From a virus, in IMG/VR virus record IMGVR_UViG_3300025759_000048: a stretch of 30,123 bases of DNA; one strand, 5' to 3'. The notes under the pieces were generated by a model. The model saw only the letters and a list, made by a program, of their open reading frames with translations, was not told the origin of the DNA and ran no database searches. Every line of letters begins with the position of its first letter. Within the stretch, counting starts at the first letter, position 1. Shown here in pieces: positions 1 to 8,264 of the stretch. The position numbers and the translations under genes were made by a program.

Positions 1-127
1 CTGCGGTCTGGACTGAGCCTGTCCCTAATTTGCTGCTTGTGACACTTCCTGAGGCCAATTTAGCCTCGGTGACACAGAGGCTCGCAAGGGCAGATGTTGA
101 AATTTCGCCATCTCCGACCTTGTCGGC
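1..127. repeat. Terminal direct repeat, identical to 29997-30123; closes the contig into a 29,996-bp circle
   Basis: Base-by-base comparison of the first 127 nt with the last 127 nt shows identity. An ORF continues in frame across the junction. Confidence 0.95.
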
Positions 128-361
128 AGTGATCGCATCATTGGCGAGGGCTGCTGTGGCAATAACACCGGCTGCAAAAAATGACGCAGTGTCGAGAGCT
201 CCTGTCGCTATAGCTGAGGATGTGACTGAGCCTGAGCCGAGTTTGGCTGAGGTAATACTCGAATCTGCGAGGGCGGATGTGCCGACCGCAGCCGAGGCAA
301 TTTTGGCGGCTACAATTGCCGAATTGGCAATCTGATCGCCTTTAATTTGTACTGAACCCAT
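1..361 (-). CDS. Tail-fibre protein, 5' part (first about 120 codons); continues at 29996 down to 28627 on the circular map
   Basis: ATG at 361-359 follows GGAGA-N10. My translation is MGSVQIKGDQIANSAIVAAKIASAAVGTSALADSSITSAKLGSGSV..., which joins in frame with the 28627-30054 ORF (361+29996-28627 is in phase). The same roughly 13-residue periodic motif runs through both parts. Confidence 0.8.
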   Translation of the reverse strand, partial: MGSVQIKGDQIANSAIVAAKIASAAVGTSALADSSITSAKLGSGSVTSSAIATGALDTASFFAAGVIATAALANDAITADKVGDGEISTSALASLCVTEAKLASGSVTSSKLGTGSVQTA

Positions 362-418
362 AGGTTTTTAATCTCCGATAAACATGTTTAATTTGTCGTA
401 GTCTCAAATTTTAAAAAT

Positions 419-736
419 CTAGATTTCTTCTAATATTACATGAACCTTAACATTTCCGGACGAGCTTTGTATAAAAATAGAGCTCGTCCGATTTTTGCCC
501 TTTCCGAGTTTCATGATGAGAAAATTCGATGCCGGGACAAATGCGTTATCTGTCGTGTCAATGTCGTCTCCCTCACTATATCCGTTTTGAGCTATATATA
601 TTTTTGTACTCTCACATCCGACAGAGACCTGATTGCATGCTGAGGGCAATAGTATCTCATCACAAGCGGCATCTCCGACAGTAAATGTCTTAAAGGCAGG
701 ATAGATATTTATAGATTGATAATCTCTTGTCGCCAT
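419..736 (-). CDS. Hypothetical protein (105 aa) in the head-fibre region
   Basis: ATG preceded by AGGAG-N8 and tightly packed with its neighbours. No motif recognised. Confidence 0.6.
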   Translation of the reverse strand: MATRDYQSINIYPAFKTFTVGDAACDEILLPSACNQVSVGCESTKIYIAQNGYSEGDDIDTTDNAFVPASNFLIMKLGKGKNRTSSIFIQSSSGNVKVHVILEEI

Positions 737-737
737 G

Positions 738-1004
738 TCATGAGCTCCTAATATAATCCACAGTCAAAAAATCTCCGACCTGGGGAGTAAAATTACAACT
801 AAATGTATTCTCGTTAACCTCGGAAAAATGCTCCCCGACAACTTGTCTCACTCCGTTGTAATATACTCGCAGAGATCCGGACTGATAATTCTCGGGGACA
901 GTGAATGAGGTCCTCTCTCCGTTGATCTGAGAGGTGACATTGGCTTTTTTCATATCGTCCGAGCCTCCTGAGGGAGGATTGATAAATGCAAATCGAAACG
1001 CCAT
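738..1004 (-). CDS. Hypothetical small beta-rich protein (88 aa)
   Basis: Tightly packed ORF. The pattern VYYNG...F...F....GD.L.VDY loosely resembles the C-terminal 60 aa of the fibre protein (VFKNG...F...LTF....GDALMIWY). Confidence 0.55.
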   Translation of the reverse strand: MAFRFAFINPPSGGSDDMKKANVTSQINGERTSFTVPENYQSGSLRVYYNGVRQVVGEHFSEVNENTFSCNFTPQVGDFLTVDYIRSS

Positions 1005-1010
1005 GTCATG

Positions 1011-1664
1011 TTAACCTTGTCGTCTCTGTCTATGTCGCCAAGCCTCGATGACCTTGTCTCTATTAGCTGCATAAAAATCCGGATCTTTCAGAGCTCTGTC
1101 GAGAAAACTCGGAGAGTCAGGAGAGGGGATGGCTCCGCTATTTGTGCGAGGGGGAGTCGCTCTCTCGAGCTCTGCCATCTGTGCCTGTGTACTGACCTCC
1201 TGAGGGACGGGAGGATCCTCTGTGGACGTGACGACCTCTCTCAGGGCTCGCAGATGTGGACGGATAGTCAGAGGGGCTTTATCGGGATTCTCGACCTGAG
1301 TATCGAGCCAATCTGACAGAGTCAGTCTCTCTTTCTCTGAGGCTCCCTTCTGAGATCTCTCATAAGACCACTCGATCGCCTCTATCAAATCCGGATCTGT
1401 GAGGCCATGTTTAGAGATTGACTGATATCTCTCAAATCTCCGCTCGGCTGTGTTTAATTTGGTCTGCATGTCGGATAATTGCTGATTCAGAATGTCGACT
1501 GAGGACATCGCCTTCTCGGCTTTTTCGAGTCGACTCTCCGCTTGTGCGAGTGCCTCCTCTGCGATTGTCGCTCTCTGTGCGACCTTTCCGACTCGCTCCT
1601 TTATGATACTTTCTATTTGTGATTTGAGGATATAGGTTTTTCCCTCATGTTCTATTTCATTCAT
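1011..1664 (-). CDS. Putative scaffolding protein (coiled-coil, 217 aa)
   Basis: GGAGA-N5-ATG. Lies directly downstream of the portal gene. The N-terminal half is heptad-like, charged and alpha-helical. No prohead protease is present in the genome. Confidence 0.45.
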   Translation of the reverse strand: MNEIEHEGKTYILKSQIESIIKERVGKVAQRATIAEEALAQAESRLEKAEKAMSSVDILNQQLSDMQTKLNTAERRFERYQSISKHGLTDPDLIEAIEWSYERSQKGASEKERLTLSDWLDTQVENPDKAPLTIRPHLRALREVVTSTEDPPVPQEVSTQAQMAELERATPPRTNSGAIPSPDSPSFLDRALKDPDFYAANRDKVIEAWRHRQRRQG

Positions 1665-1675
1665 CGTAATCTCCT

Positions 1676-3139
1676 TTAGAGGCTAAATTCCGCTCGCTCT
1701 CTGCGGATACGTTCCAATTCTCGACGTGCCTCTATGTCGTCAAGATCTGGGTTTAATATTTTGAGTGCATCGATAGGACTTATCAATCCTGCCGAGAGTT
1801 TTTGTACGACATCCTCTCTCTGAGCCTTTAGCTCGTCAGGAGAGAGGGGGAGAGAGTTATATTTGACTCTATACCCATCCTCAGGGAGGGACGTCCCTAG
1901 AAAACGATTACATAGCATAGCACAGAGGGACATCATCTCCTCATCCCCTCTCCTCATCTGAGGAGCCAGTCTGACAGATGCCGTCCTCTGACCATCTCTC
2001 GATATACTGAGAGCATATCCGGATCTCGGATCCCCGCTCTGTCGTATCACATCCGCAGAGATCCCAGCTGCCGTCGAGAATCTATACTCATACGCAGAGA
2101 TACTCTCGAGCAATTTTTGAGGATCTGAATATGTAAAACTGCCGAGGAGGGGTTGTCCTGTCATGTCGGGATCGGACTGAAACATGAGGATCGACGAGGG
2201 ATCGGTAGATATCGCAGATCTGCGACCGAGTAAATTTCCCTCTACCTGCTCTAACCCCTGAACAGAGACACCGACTGCGTACTTCTGAGGCCACGAGTTA
2301 TCCCTCACACAATGAACATAGAAGGATCCCAGAACTGCCGAGCTCAGGGTCCCATAGGGGAGAGCCGACATGTCGAAAGCATTAAACATAGAGCCGGTTT
2401 TTTCTGCATGGTATAAAACGACAGGGAGATAGGGGATCCCATCTCGAGATTGATAGGGATAGGCCTCTCCTCTCATTGCCTCGTGTCCCATATAGTCAGG
2501 ACTGAGATCTCTCCCGATCCCTCCTGATGGAGTCGCCTCAAAAATACCAAATAGAGGATTATTGAGATCTCTCACGTCTATGATGTCCCACGTCCATCTC
2601 GCCTCCTCAGGATTGAGGGGATGCATCCTCAGTCGGAGCTCCTGATAATAGAGAGGTATATCCGGAGCATCCTCAGAAGCCGCAGCGATCACAAAATCAG
2701 GAGAGACAGATCTGAAACATAGACCCGGCAATCGAGCGACTCCCCCGGGGACATGAGGAGCGACATCGACTCTCACAAACATCTCTCGTAGTCCGAGTGT
2801 CATTTGTTGGACTCTCTGCATCAATTGAAAATATCCGGCTCGTGTCACATATCCATTACGTCCGACGAGCTCAGAGATGTCTCCCTCATGAGAGACTCCC
2901 GGCTCAGTATGATATAGGACGGCAAGCTGTCGAGTGACCTGCTCAAATGCATTAAATGACATGTCAGAGACTCCGAGAGCCTCTCTCCTATCGGTCGGGA
3001 GATGTCTGAGAAGCTCATCCTCGAGATCTTGTTCCCACAGTCCGGTTAACATCCTGCGTCTAAGTGCTGTATGATCCCATCTCCTCTGCTCTACATCGGA
3101 TGGGGCTGTCGGTTTAGGAGGGATGGGGGAGGAATACAT
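1676..3139 (-). CDS. Portal protein (487 aa)
   Basis: Its start overlaps the terL stop (TAATG). Size and position immediately after the large terminase fit a portal. No diagnostic motif was checked. Confidence 0.7.
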   Translation of the reverse strand: MYSSPIPPKPTAPSDVEQRRWDHTALRRRMLTGLWEQDLEDELLRHLPTDRREALGVSDMSFNAFEQVTRQLAVLYHTEPGVSHEGDISELVGRNGYVTRAGYFQLMQRVQQMTLGLREMFVRVDVAPHVPGGVARLPGLCFRSVSPDFVIAAASEDAPDIPLYYQELRLRMHPLNPEEARWTWDIIDVRDLNNPLFGIFEATPSGGIGRDLSPDYMGHEAMRGEAYPYQSRDGIPYLPVVLYHAEKTGSMFNAFDMSALPYGTLSSAVLGSFYVHCVRDNSWPQKYAVGVSVQGLEQVEGNLLGRRSAISTDPSSILMFQSDPDMTGQPLLGSFTYSDPQKLLESISAYEYRFSTAAGISADVIRQSGDPRSGYALSISRDGQRTASVRLAPQMRRGDEEMMSLCAMLCNRFLGTSLPEDGYRVKYNSLPLSPDELKAQREDVVQKLSAGLISPIDALKILNPDLDDIEARRELERIRRERAEFSL

Positions 3140-4557
3140 TAGAACACCCTGATATTTTTTGGAATAGTAACTCTATAGTCTAGTATAGGCAATAATCCAT
3201 ATCTCAGGGCATCTATTTTGTGCCCTGAGGGATTGCGACTGTTTACGGATTGAGATTTGCTCAGAGTCCACGAGCGGATCGCTTTTATCGTCTCTCTGCA
3301 CTCAGGACGGATCCAAAAATGACGACGTGACATGATTGCGTGTATTAGTGATGCGCCAAAGTAGACGGAGTGACGCTTTTTTATCGCTTGTCGGACTGTC
3401 CAAGGGAGATTGCGAGGGGGATACCCGAGGATGCTCTCAAATGCTCTCATGAGGAGGATATTTGACATCCTATATTGATTTGCTCCTCTGTGCTCTCCGT
3501 CTCCTGTCCATCTGCAGATTTTTGGATCTACTCCGTAATTTTTGAGCATCTCGAGAATTGCCTGTGCATGGTGCTCGGGGGGAGCTTGTCCTGAGACATA
3601 CTCCCCGAGAACATAGACCCGGGGATTCTGCGGATCTTTCATGTCTATACAGCTCAGGATTGCGACCTGAGAGCCGGGGGTCGAGCCATGATCGATGCCG
3701 ACACAGAATCTATAGTCTCCCCCTTTTGGGACAGGCTGTGAGGAGATCATCTCGTCCTCAAAATTCTCGAAGATCACTCCCTGAGGAGCGACATCAAAAG
3801 ATCCCTCTACACGAGCGGCTCTGTCATAGGGGAGATAACCCTCGACTATGCGATCTATCTGCTCCTGACTCAGGATGTATCCCTGAGGGAGTCCGATCGG
3901 AGTAGTCGCTTCGACTGTCAGAGGGGCTCGATGTGCGGAGATCAATCCTCTCTCGATAAGATCTCTGAGATATGAGACGTCCACTCCCCCGACAGGAGTC
4001 AGAGAGAGCGCAAGGGTCCCACGTTTCCCACCCGCTCCCCCTCTGGATATGCGAGCTATAATCTCGTTGTACGTAGCAATATCGACCGGCTCGTCTACCA
4101 CTACAAGAGAGCAACTAGCAGAGGCCAATCCTAAGCCCTGATTGGCTGTTTTTATGCGTATGATGCTACCATTTCGAAATTTGACGAGAGGAGCCAATCC
4201 CCTAAAGCCCTTTCCTCTCACAAATTCACAGGAGGGATCCAGCTCATCTTTTGGTATCATGTCATATAATTTCTGTTGTATCGTCCGAGATTGCTCGTGA
4301 GAGTGAGTAATCATCCATGCCTCGATCGGAGGGGGATCCGTCCTGAGATAGGGATGTCTGTCGAGACAATGATATAGCAATAGGGCGCAACTCGCTATAG
4401 TTTTCCCGACTTGATTCCCTCCTATGAGTGCCTTGATTGGGGATGGGTCGGCTAAATATGCTTTCTGCGGGGGAGTAGGGCAAAAATAGACGAGCGGATC
4501 GTTGTCGCTTTTTTTGCGGAGCCACGAGAGCTTTTTCGCCATCTGACAGAGACTCAT
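3139..4557 (-). CDS. terL: Terminase large subunit
   Basis: Walker A GGNQVGKT and Walker B-like LVVVDEP. Length is 472 aa, with GGAGA-N8-ATG, and the portal gene follows. Confidence 0.85.
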   Translation of the reverse strand: MSLCQMAKKLSWLRKKSDNDPLVYFCPTPPQKAYLADPSPIKALIGGNQVGKTIASCALLLYHCLDRHPYLRTDPPPIEAWMITHSHEQSRTIQQKLYDMIPKDELDPSCEFVRGKGFRGLAPLVKFRNGSIIRIKTANQGLGLASASCSLVVVDEPVDIATYNEIIARISRGGAGGKRGTLALSLTPVGGVDVSYLRDLIERGLISAHRAPLTVEATTPIGLPQGYILSQEQIDRIVEGYLPYDRAARVEGSFDVAPQGVIFENFEDEMISSQPVPKGGDYRFCVGIDHGSTPGSQVAILSCIDMKDPQNPRVYVLGEYVSGQAPPEHHAQAILEMLKNYGVDPKICRWTGDGEHRGANQYRMSNILLMRAFESILGYPPRNLPWTVRQAIKKRHSVYFGASLIHAIMSRRHFWIRPECRETIKAIRSWTLSKSQSVNSRNPSGHKIDALRYGLLPILDYRVTIPKNIRVF

Positions 4558-4925
4558 TATTTACGTCTCCAAAATAGCTCGTAGCACAGAGAGCCCTCTG
4601 AGGTCTGAGCCTTGCAATAATTGACCATCGAGATTGTGTTAGCGATATTTGAGATCTCCTCACAGGTCGCTCCTGAGGTCTGAGAGTCTATCCCTCTGCT
4701 ATAGACGAGACATGTCATCTCACGACACAGGAGCCGATTCTCGGCATCTGTGATATTATCCGGAGTGCAGACCTCCTTTATTACGTCGAGATCTGTGAGC
4801 TGTTTGATAACCTCTTGCTGAGTCTGAGAGGTCGTATCATCTGAGGGAGACTTTTTTTGTGTCATGAGGAGAGCTCCCCCGGCTCCGACAATCAAACCTC
4901 CGATCACCAATAATATTTCTAACAT
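4557..4925 (-). CDS. Membrane-anchored Cys-rich small protein
   Basis: I prefer the internal ATG at 4925 (MLEILLVIGGLIVGAGGALLM), which follows GGAGGGGAGG and overlaps the upstream stop. One N-terminal TM helix; several Cys in the remainder. Confidence 0.5.
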   Translation of the reverse strand: MLEILLVIGGLIVGAGGALLMTQKKSPSDDTTSQTQQEVIKQLTDLDVIKEVCTPDNITDAENRLLCREMTCLVYSRGIDSQTSGATCEEISNIANTISMVNYCKAQTSEGSLCYELFWRRK

Positions 4926-5227
4926 CCTCCCCTCCTGTCGTTTAGTCTCTGTGTGCATCTGAGATAGTCCTCCTCTGTCATATCAAACGCAAATAATATG
5001 TCCCTCAGGGAGAGAGCCTCATCTCGTATGATTGCATATAGGAGAGAGTCTATCTCTGACTCTGAGACCTGAGTCCGATATGCAGAGATAATATTCCGCA
5101 GCTCTGACCTCGCAGAATCGAGAGAGACTACGAGATCGGAGAGGATACGAGATCCCCTGTCGACCTTAGTCACTCCGTCCAATATTCGAGCCTCTAGTCG
5201 CTCGTGATCTGTCGGCTCATCTGTCAT
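4919..5227 (-). CDS. Hypothetical protein (102 aa)
   Basis: ORF packed between the methyltransferase and the membrane protein, with overlapping stop and start codons. Confidence 0.5.
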   Translation of the reverse strand: MTDEPTDHERLEARILDGVTKVDRGSRILSDLVVSLDSARSELRNIISAYRTQVSESEIDSLLYAIIRDEALSLRDILFAFDMTEEDYLRCTQRLNDRRGGC

Positions 5228-6396
5228 ATAGCCTCCTCAAAAAGTCCTAATTGAGCATTCTCTCGTTTATACTCTTCACGAGCCCAGCTCAGTCTCCCCT
5301 CTATGATTGGGATATACTGAGACTCTCTCTCTATACCGATAAAATCATATCCCTCGAGGATCGCTGCGCATCCTGTCGTCCCAGATCCACAGAAGGGATC
5401 GAGAATAGTACTCCCCTTCTCCGTCCCTAGCAATCGACATAAAAATCTCATGAGTTTAAGAGGTTTTACTGTCGGATGGTGATTTGCGATAGGAGTCGTG
5501 ATCCCCTTTCCCGATGCTGCGTTTTTTAATCCTGCGGAGTCAGGCTCTCGTCCTGTGATCTCCGCTCCTGATTTTTTTGGGAGATCTTCGAGTCCTCTCT
5601 CCCTCTCAGATCGGCAGGGCTTAGAGCATTGATAAATATTTGCAGGCCAATATCCTCTATTATGATGCATTGGTGACATGTCCTCTCTGTCCCATTGCAT
5701 ATGTGTATATTTAAATCCCTGCCTTCCTCCCCATCCTGCTTTTCGATTGTCAGGACCTACCCAACATGGATCACCAAAAGCAAAACGACACGCATCTATA
5801 TTGATGGCTCCTGTCCCCCACTTTGCGACATTACGAGCGACAGAGAGACCTTTCTCGAGGGGCTTTCGTGCGAGTGTAGCCGGCTCAATTGCGGGTTTGA
5901 GTGCAGTCCCATATCCTCTATATCGTTTAGCGAGCTCAGACTGAGGCTCAGGAGGGACATAGACTCGAGGATCGGTCGGAGGAGTCATGACAAACCTCGG
6001 ATTATTTTTATCTGTATAAGATCCCCCTTCAATCCCGAGGAGACCTGCCTCTCTGTCGAATTGTTTTGAGATGTCGAGATTTTTTGGGAATCCTGAGAAG
6101 TAGATCCAATTAAACATATCTCGGATCTCAAATCCCCCATCCTCAATTGCACACGTCAATCTATGCACAGTCCGAGTCCCACCAAAAGCGACGAGATGGC
6201 CACCCGGCTTTAATACCCTGAGACACTCCCTCGCCCAATCGACACCGGGGACAGAGGCATCCCAATCTTTATTCATAAATCCTAAGCCATAGGGCGGATC
6301 TGTGATGATTGCGTCTATGCTGTCAGAGGGGAGAGTCCTCATCATCTCGATACAGTCTCCCTCTAATATTTTGTAGTCTCTCAAATCATCCCACAT
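5224..6396 (-). CDS. DNA methyltransferase, amino-MTase (N6-adenine or N4-cytosine), beta-class motif order
   Basis: DPPY catalytic motif (IITDPPYGLGF) lies near the N-terminus and the AdoMet motif FCGSGTTG near the C-terminus. The GTGAINIDACR segment is typical of phage orphan MTases. The start was moved from the TTG at 6423 to the ATG at 6396 (MWDDL), 1 nt after the terS stop. Confidence 0.8.
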   Translation of the reverse strand: MWDDLRDYKILEGDCIEMMRTLPSDSIDAIITDPPYGLGFMNKDWDASVPGVDWARECLRVLKPGGHLVAFGGTRTVHRLTCAIEDGGFEIRDMFNWIYFSGFPKNLDISKQFDREAGLLGIEGGSYTDKNNPRFVMTPPTDPRVYVPPEPQSELAKRYRGYGTALKPAIEPATLARKPLEKGLSVARNVAKWGTGAINIDACRFAFGDPCWVGPDNRKAGWGGRQGFKYTHMQWDREDMSPMHHNRGYWPANIYQCSKPCRSERERGLEDLPKKSGAEITGREPDSAGLKNAASGKGITTPIANHHPTVKPLKLMRFLCRLLGTEKGSTILDPFCGSGTTGCAAILEGYDFIGIERESQYIPIIEGRLSWAREEYKRENAQLGLFEEAI

Positions 6397-6397
6397 A

Positions 6398-7063
6398 TCA
6401 AGATCCGGATTTGAATGACACAATGTTAGATCCGACGAGGCTCCTCAGGTCGGACTCGACTCTCTGCCTCAGGATTGGAGGGAGTGCGATAATCGTATTC
6501 ACGATCTCAGAGAGGACCTGATCATCTGTCATGCTGTCGTATTGATCGATCGCTCCCTCCTCTGCGTCTAGTGCTCTGAGCTCTGACAGGAGAGAGACCA
6601 TCTGTCTCTGTAAGGCTGCGTATGCCTGCCATGATCCGGAGTCCTTCGCTTTCGCCATGCTTTCCCTGAGCTCGTCAATCTGCGTCCTGAGGATCTCCCT
6701 ATAGTCGAGAGGTTTGCTGTTTTTATTTTGGGATTTGATCTCTATCGTCTCGTGTGTCGTATCCGGTTTATATCCATGTCGTCTCGATAGGAGCCACATA
6801 GCCGATTTGACATCCCCCTGAGTGATTGAGGAGTGTATTGTCGTCAGAGCATCGAGGGCTCCCTGACATTCTGCCTCTCTGAATCTTTTGGCAAATTTTA
6901 AATAATCCGGTTTACGGTCCTTCTCTCCCTGAGCGAGCCAAGTGTAAAGAGTCGACTTAGAGATCCCTCCGCATTTAGCCGCAATCTCGATGGTCGCTCC
7001 TGAGCGGATCGCTGCGCAGATTTTTTTTATTGCATCCTCTGTAAATATTTTTGATCGTCCCAT
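6398..7063 (-). CDS. terS: Terminase small subunit-like HTH protein
   Basis: The N-terminus MGRSKIFTEDAIKKICAAIRSGATIEIAAKCGGISKSTLYTWL is a typical TerS-type HTH. The start was moved from the TTG at 7084 to the ATG at 7063, which follows GGAGA-N5. Confidence 0.6.
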   Translation of the reverse strand: MGRSKIFTEDAIKKICAAIRSGATIEIAAKCGGISKSTLYTWLAQGEKDRKPDYLKFAKRFREAECQGALDALTTIHSSITQGDVKSAMWLLSRRHGYKPDTTHETIEIKSQNKNSKPLDYREILRTQIDELRESMAKAKDSGSWQAYAALQRQMVSLLSELRALDAEEGAIDQYDSMTDDQVLSEIVNTIIALPPILRQRVESDLRSLVGSNIVSFKSGS

Positions 7064-7082
7064 CCTAGTCTCCAAATTTTTC

Positions 7083-7111
7083 AAAAAAAATAGAGGTTTT
7101 CTCTAAAACCT
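7083..7111 (-). terminator. Intrinsic terminator-like hairpin just upstream of terS
   Basis: The minus strand reads AGGTTTT-AGAG-AAAACCT followed by CTA-TTTTTTTT. Stem 7094-7100/7105-7111; T8 run at 7083-7090. Confidence 0.5.
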
Positions 7112-7124
7112 TGCGGTGTGCGCA

Positions 7125-7141
7125 GTAGGGGGGGGGCCTAC
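7125..7141. repeat. Hairpin with a G9/C9 homopolymer (GTAGG-G7-CCTAC)
   Basis: The run of nine G at 7128-7136 (C9 on the coding strand) is flanked by GTA and CCTAC. Confidence 0.9.
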
Positions 7142-7155
7142 CATGACACATAGAT

Positions 7156-7458
7156 CTATTTCGTGACCTGTGATATTAATCCTGCGAGCGCAGCCTGTAA
7201 TAATCTGCGTTTGCGTCTCTCTCTGCGGATCCGCTCGGCCATCTCTCGTATCATGTCTCTCTCAATCTGGACTTCCTGCTCAGATTTTTGAGGGATCTCC
7301 TCCTGTCGAGAGATCAATCTATCCAGCTCTCCATCTCGATACATCCGAAATGCAGCAGCGACGGCTCGAGTCTCCTCTAATCCCTCCATCCTCAGTCTGT
7401 CGACCGTCTGGGAGATAGCTCTGTCCTCTGAGATAGTCCTCGCTCGTTTTTTTGCCAT
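7156..7458 (-). CDS. Hypothetical basic helical protein (100 aa)
   Basis: GAGGA-N9-ATG. Arg/Glu-rich helical sequence. Last gene before the terminator and terS. Confidence 0.55.
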   Translation of the reverse strand: MAKKRARTISEDRAISQTVDRLRMEGLEETRAVAAAFRMYRDGELDRLISRQEEIPQKSEQEVQIERDMIREMAERIRRERRKRRLLQAALAGLISQVTK

Positions 7459-7529
7459 GTTATATTGTCCTCATATAGGATATATTACACACTCATAATG
7501 ATATTGCTACAAAAAATTACGGAGATAGG

Positions 7530-7901
7530 ATGCCTAAATATAAAGTTCCCTCAGATATACAACGGATAGCTCGTCAGGCTATCGAATACAATCTCTCTCT
7601 CCCTATGTCGAGACGTGCTGCATATAAACAGGAGGGTAAAGATAAAATGCCGGGGACAGGGATGCGGACGGCTCGCAGATTAGCGAGCGGAGCTGTGGAC
7701 GAGGCTCAGATGAGATTGATGAGAGCATGGTTTGCTCGACATGCTGAGTCCCCGGGCGAGAAGGATGCCCGAAAGGATAAGACGTCTAAGGCATCGATCG
7801 CTTGGGCTCTGTGGGGAGGCTCAGGGGCTCGGAGATGGGTGTCTATGATGATACGTGAGATTGAGAGGGAGCGGGAGAAGAAGGAGAAGAAGGACTATTA
7901 G
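7530..7901 (+). CDS. Hypothetical protein (123 aa), plus strand
   Basis: GGAGATAGG immediately precedes the ATG. The sequence (..GTGMRTARRLASG..MRAWFARH..IAWALWGGSGARRW) resembles a conserved phage domain I cannot name. Confidence 0.55.
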   Translation: MPKYKVPSDIQRIARQAIEYNLSLPMSRRAAYKQEGKDKMPGTGMRTARRLASGAVDEAQMRLMRAWFARHAESPGEKDARKDKTSKASIAWALWGGSGARRWVSMMIREIEREREKKEKKDY

Positions 7902-8079
7902 CCTCCTCTGTCTCTGAGTCCTCTGAGACGTCCTCTGAGTCCTCAGGGAGTATCTCTGACAGAACCTCCATATAAGCCTCGATAAGTGCGAGCCTTTTGT
8001 CCATCTCATGTCCTATCGGGATCCGTCTCATCCCCTCTGTGAGTATCACGAGATTGTCGGCAAATTTAGAGACATCCAT
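7843..8079 (-). CDS. Hypothetical acidic protein (78 aa)
   Basis: GGGGGAGAG immediately precedes the ATG. Its 3' end overlaps the convergent plus-strand gene by 59 nt. Confidence 0.45.
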   Translation of the reverse strand: MDVSKFADNLVILTEGMRRIPIGHEMDKRLALIEAYMEVLSEILPEDSEDVSEDSETEEANSPSSPSSPAPSQSHVSS

Positions 8080-8091
8080 CTCTCCCCCAAT

Positions 8092-8123
8092 AAAAAAATC
8101 CCTCAGGGTTTTAATCCTGAGGG
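8092..8123 (-). terminator. Intrinsic terminator
   Basis: 8-bp stem CCCTCAGG (8100-8107) with CCTGAGGG (8116-8123). On the minus strand it is followed by A-TTTTTTT (8092-8098). Confidence 0.6.
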
Positions 8124-8153
8124 CATCATAGCTTCATTCTTCACAGGTATATT

Positions 8154-8264
8154 TTAATCGAGTCGTTCCAGATGAGCAAGAATAAAAAGAGAAAGGAGGG
8201 AGAGGATAGTCATAGTGCAGAGGATGATCGGCTTAGCGATCTGACCTATCTCAACGAGTGTCAT
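8154..8264 (-). CDS. Small hydrophobic single-TM peptide (36 aa), not in the ORF track
   Basis: My translation is MTLVEIGQIAKPIILCTMTILSLLSLFILAHLERLD. Its ATG overlaps the upstream stop as ATGA, which suggests translational coupling. Confidence 0.4.
   Translation of the reverse strand: MTLVEIGQIAKPIILCTMTILSLLSLFILAHLERLD

Noticed and set aside
30-335. Plus-strand ORFs 30-335, 28895-29089 and 29327-29566
   Set aside because: They are antisense shadows of the Ala/Ser/Thr-rich repetitive fibre gene. They have no RBS, and their translations are Ala/Glu/Leu/Pro-rich low-complexity sequence. The minus-strand frame is continuous and motif-bearing.
4262-4663. 133-aa alternative-frame ORF inside terL, and similar 60-115-aa shadow ORFs in the portal, VirE-like, tail and connector genes
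   Set aside because: The translations are Ser/Arg-rich nonsense with no motifs and no RBS. This genome's codon bias evidently keeps alternative frames open for up to about 130 codons. That is the background against which the 264-codon MTase-nested ORF stands out.
6398-7084. ORF-track starts at 7084 (TTG), 6423 (TTG), 10334, 13773, 13103, 8527 and 4958
   Set aside because: In each case an internal ATG has a clear AGGAG-type RBS at 4-9 nt or an ATGA/TGAnATG coupling overlap with the upstream stop. The longer N-termini overlap the preceding gene or a terminator or repeat.
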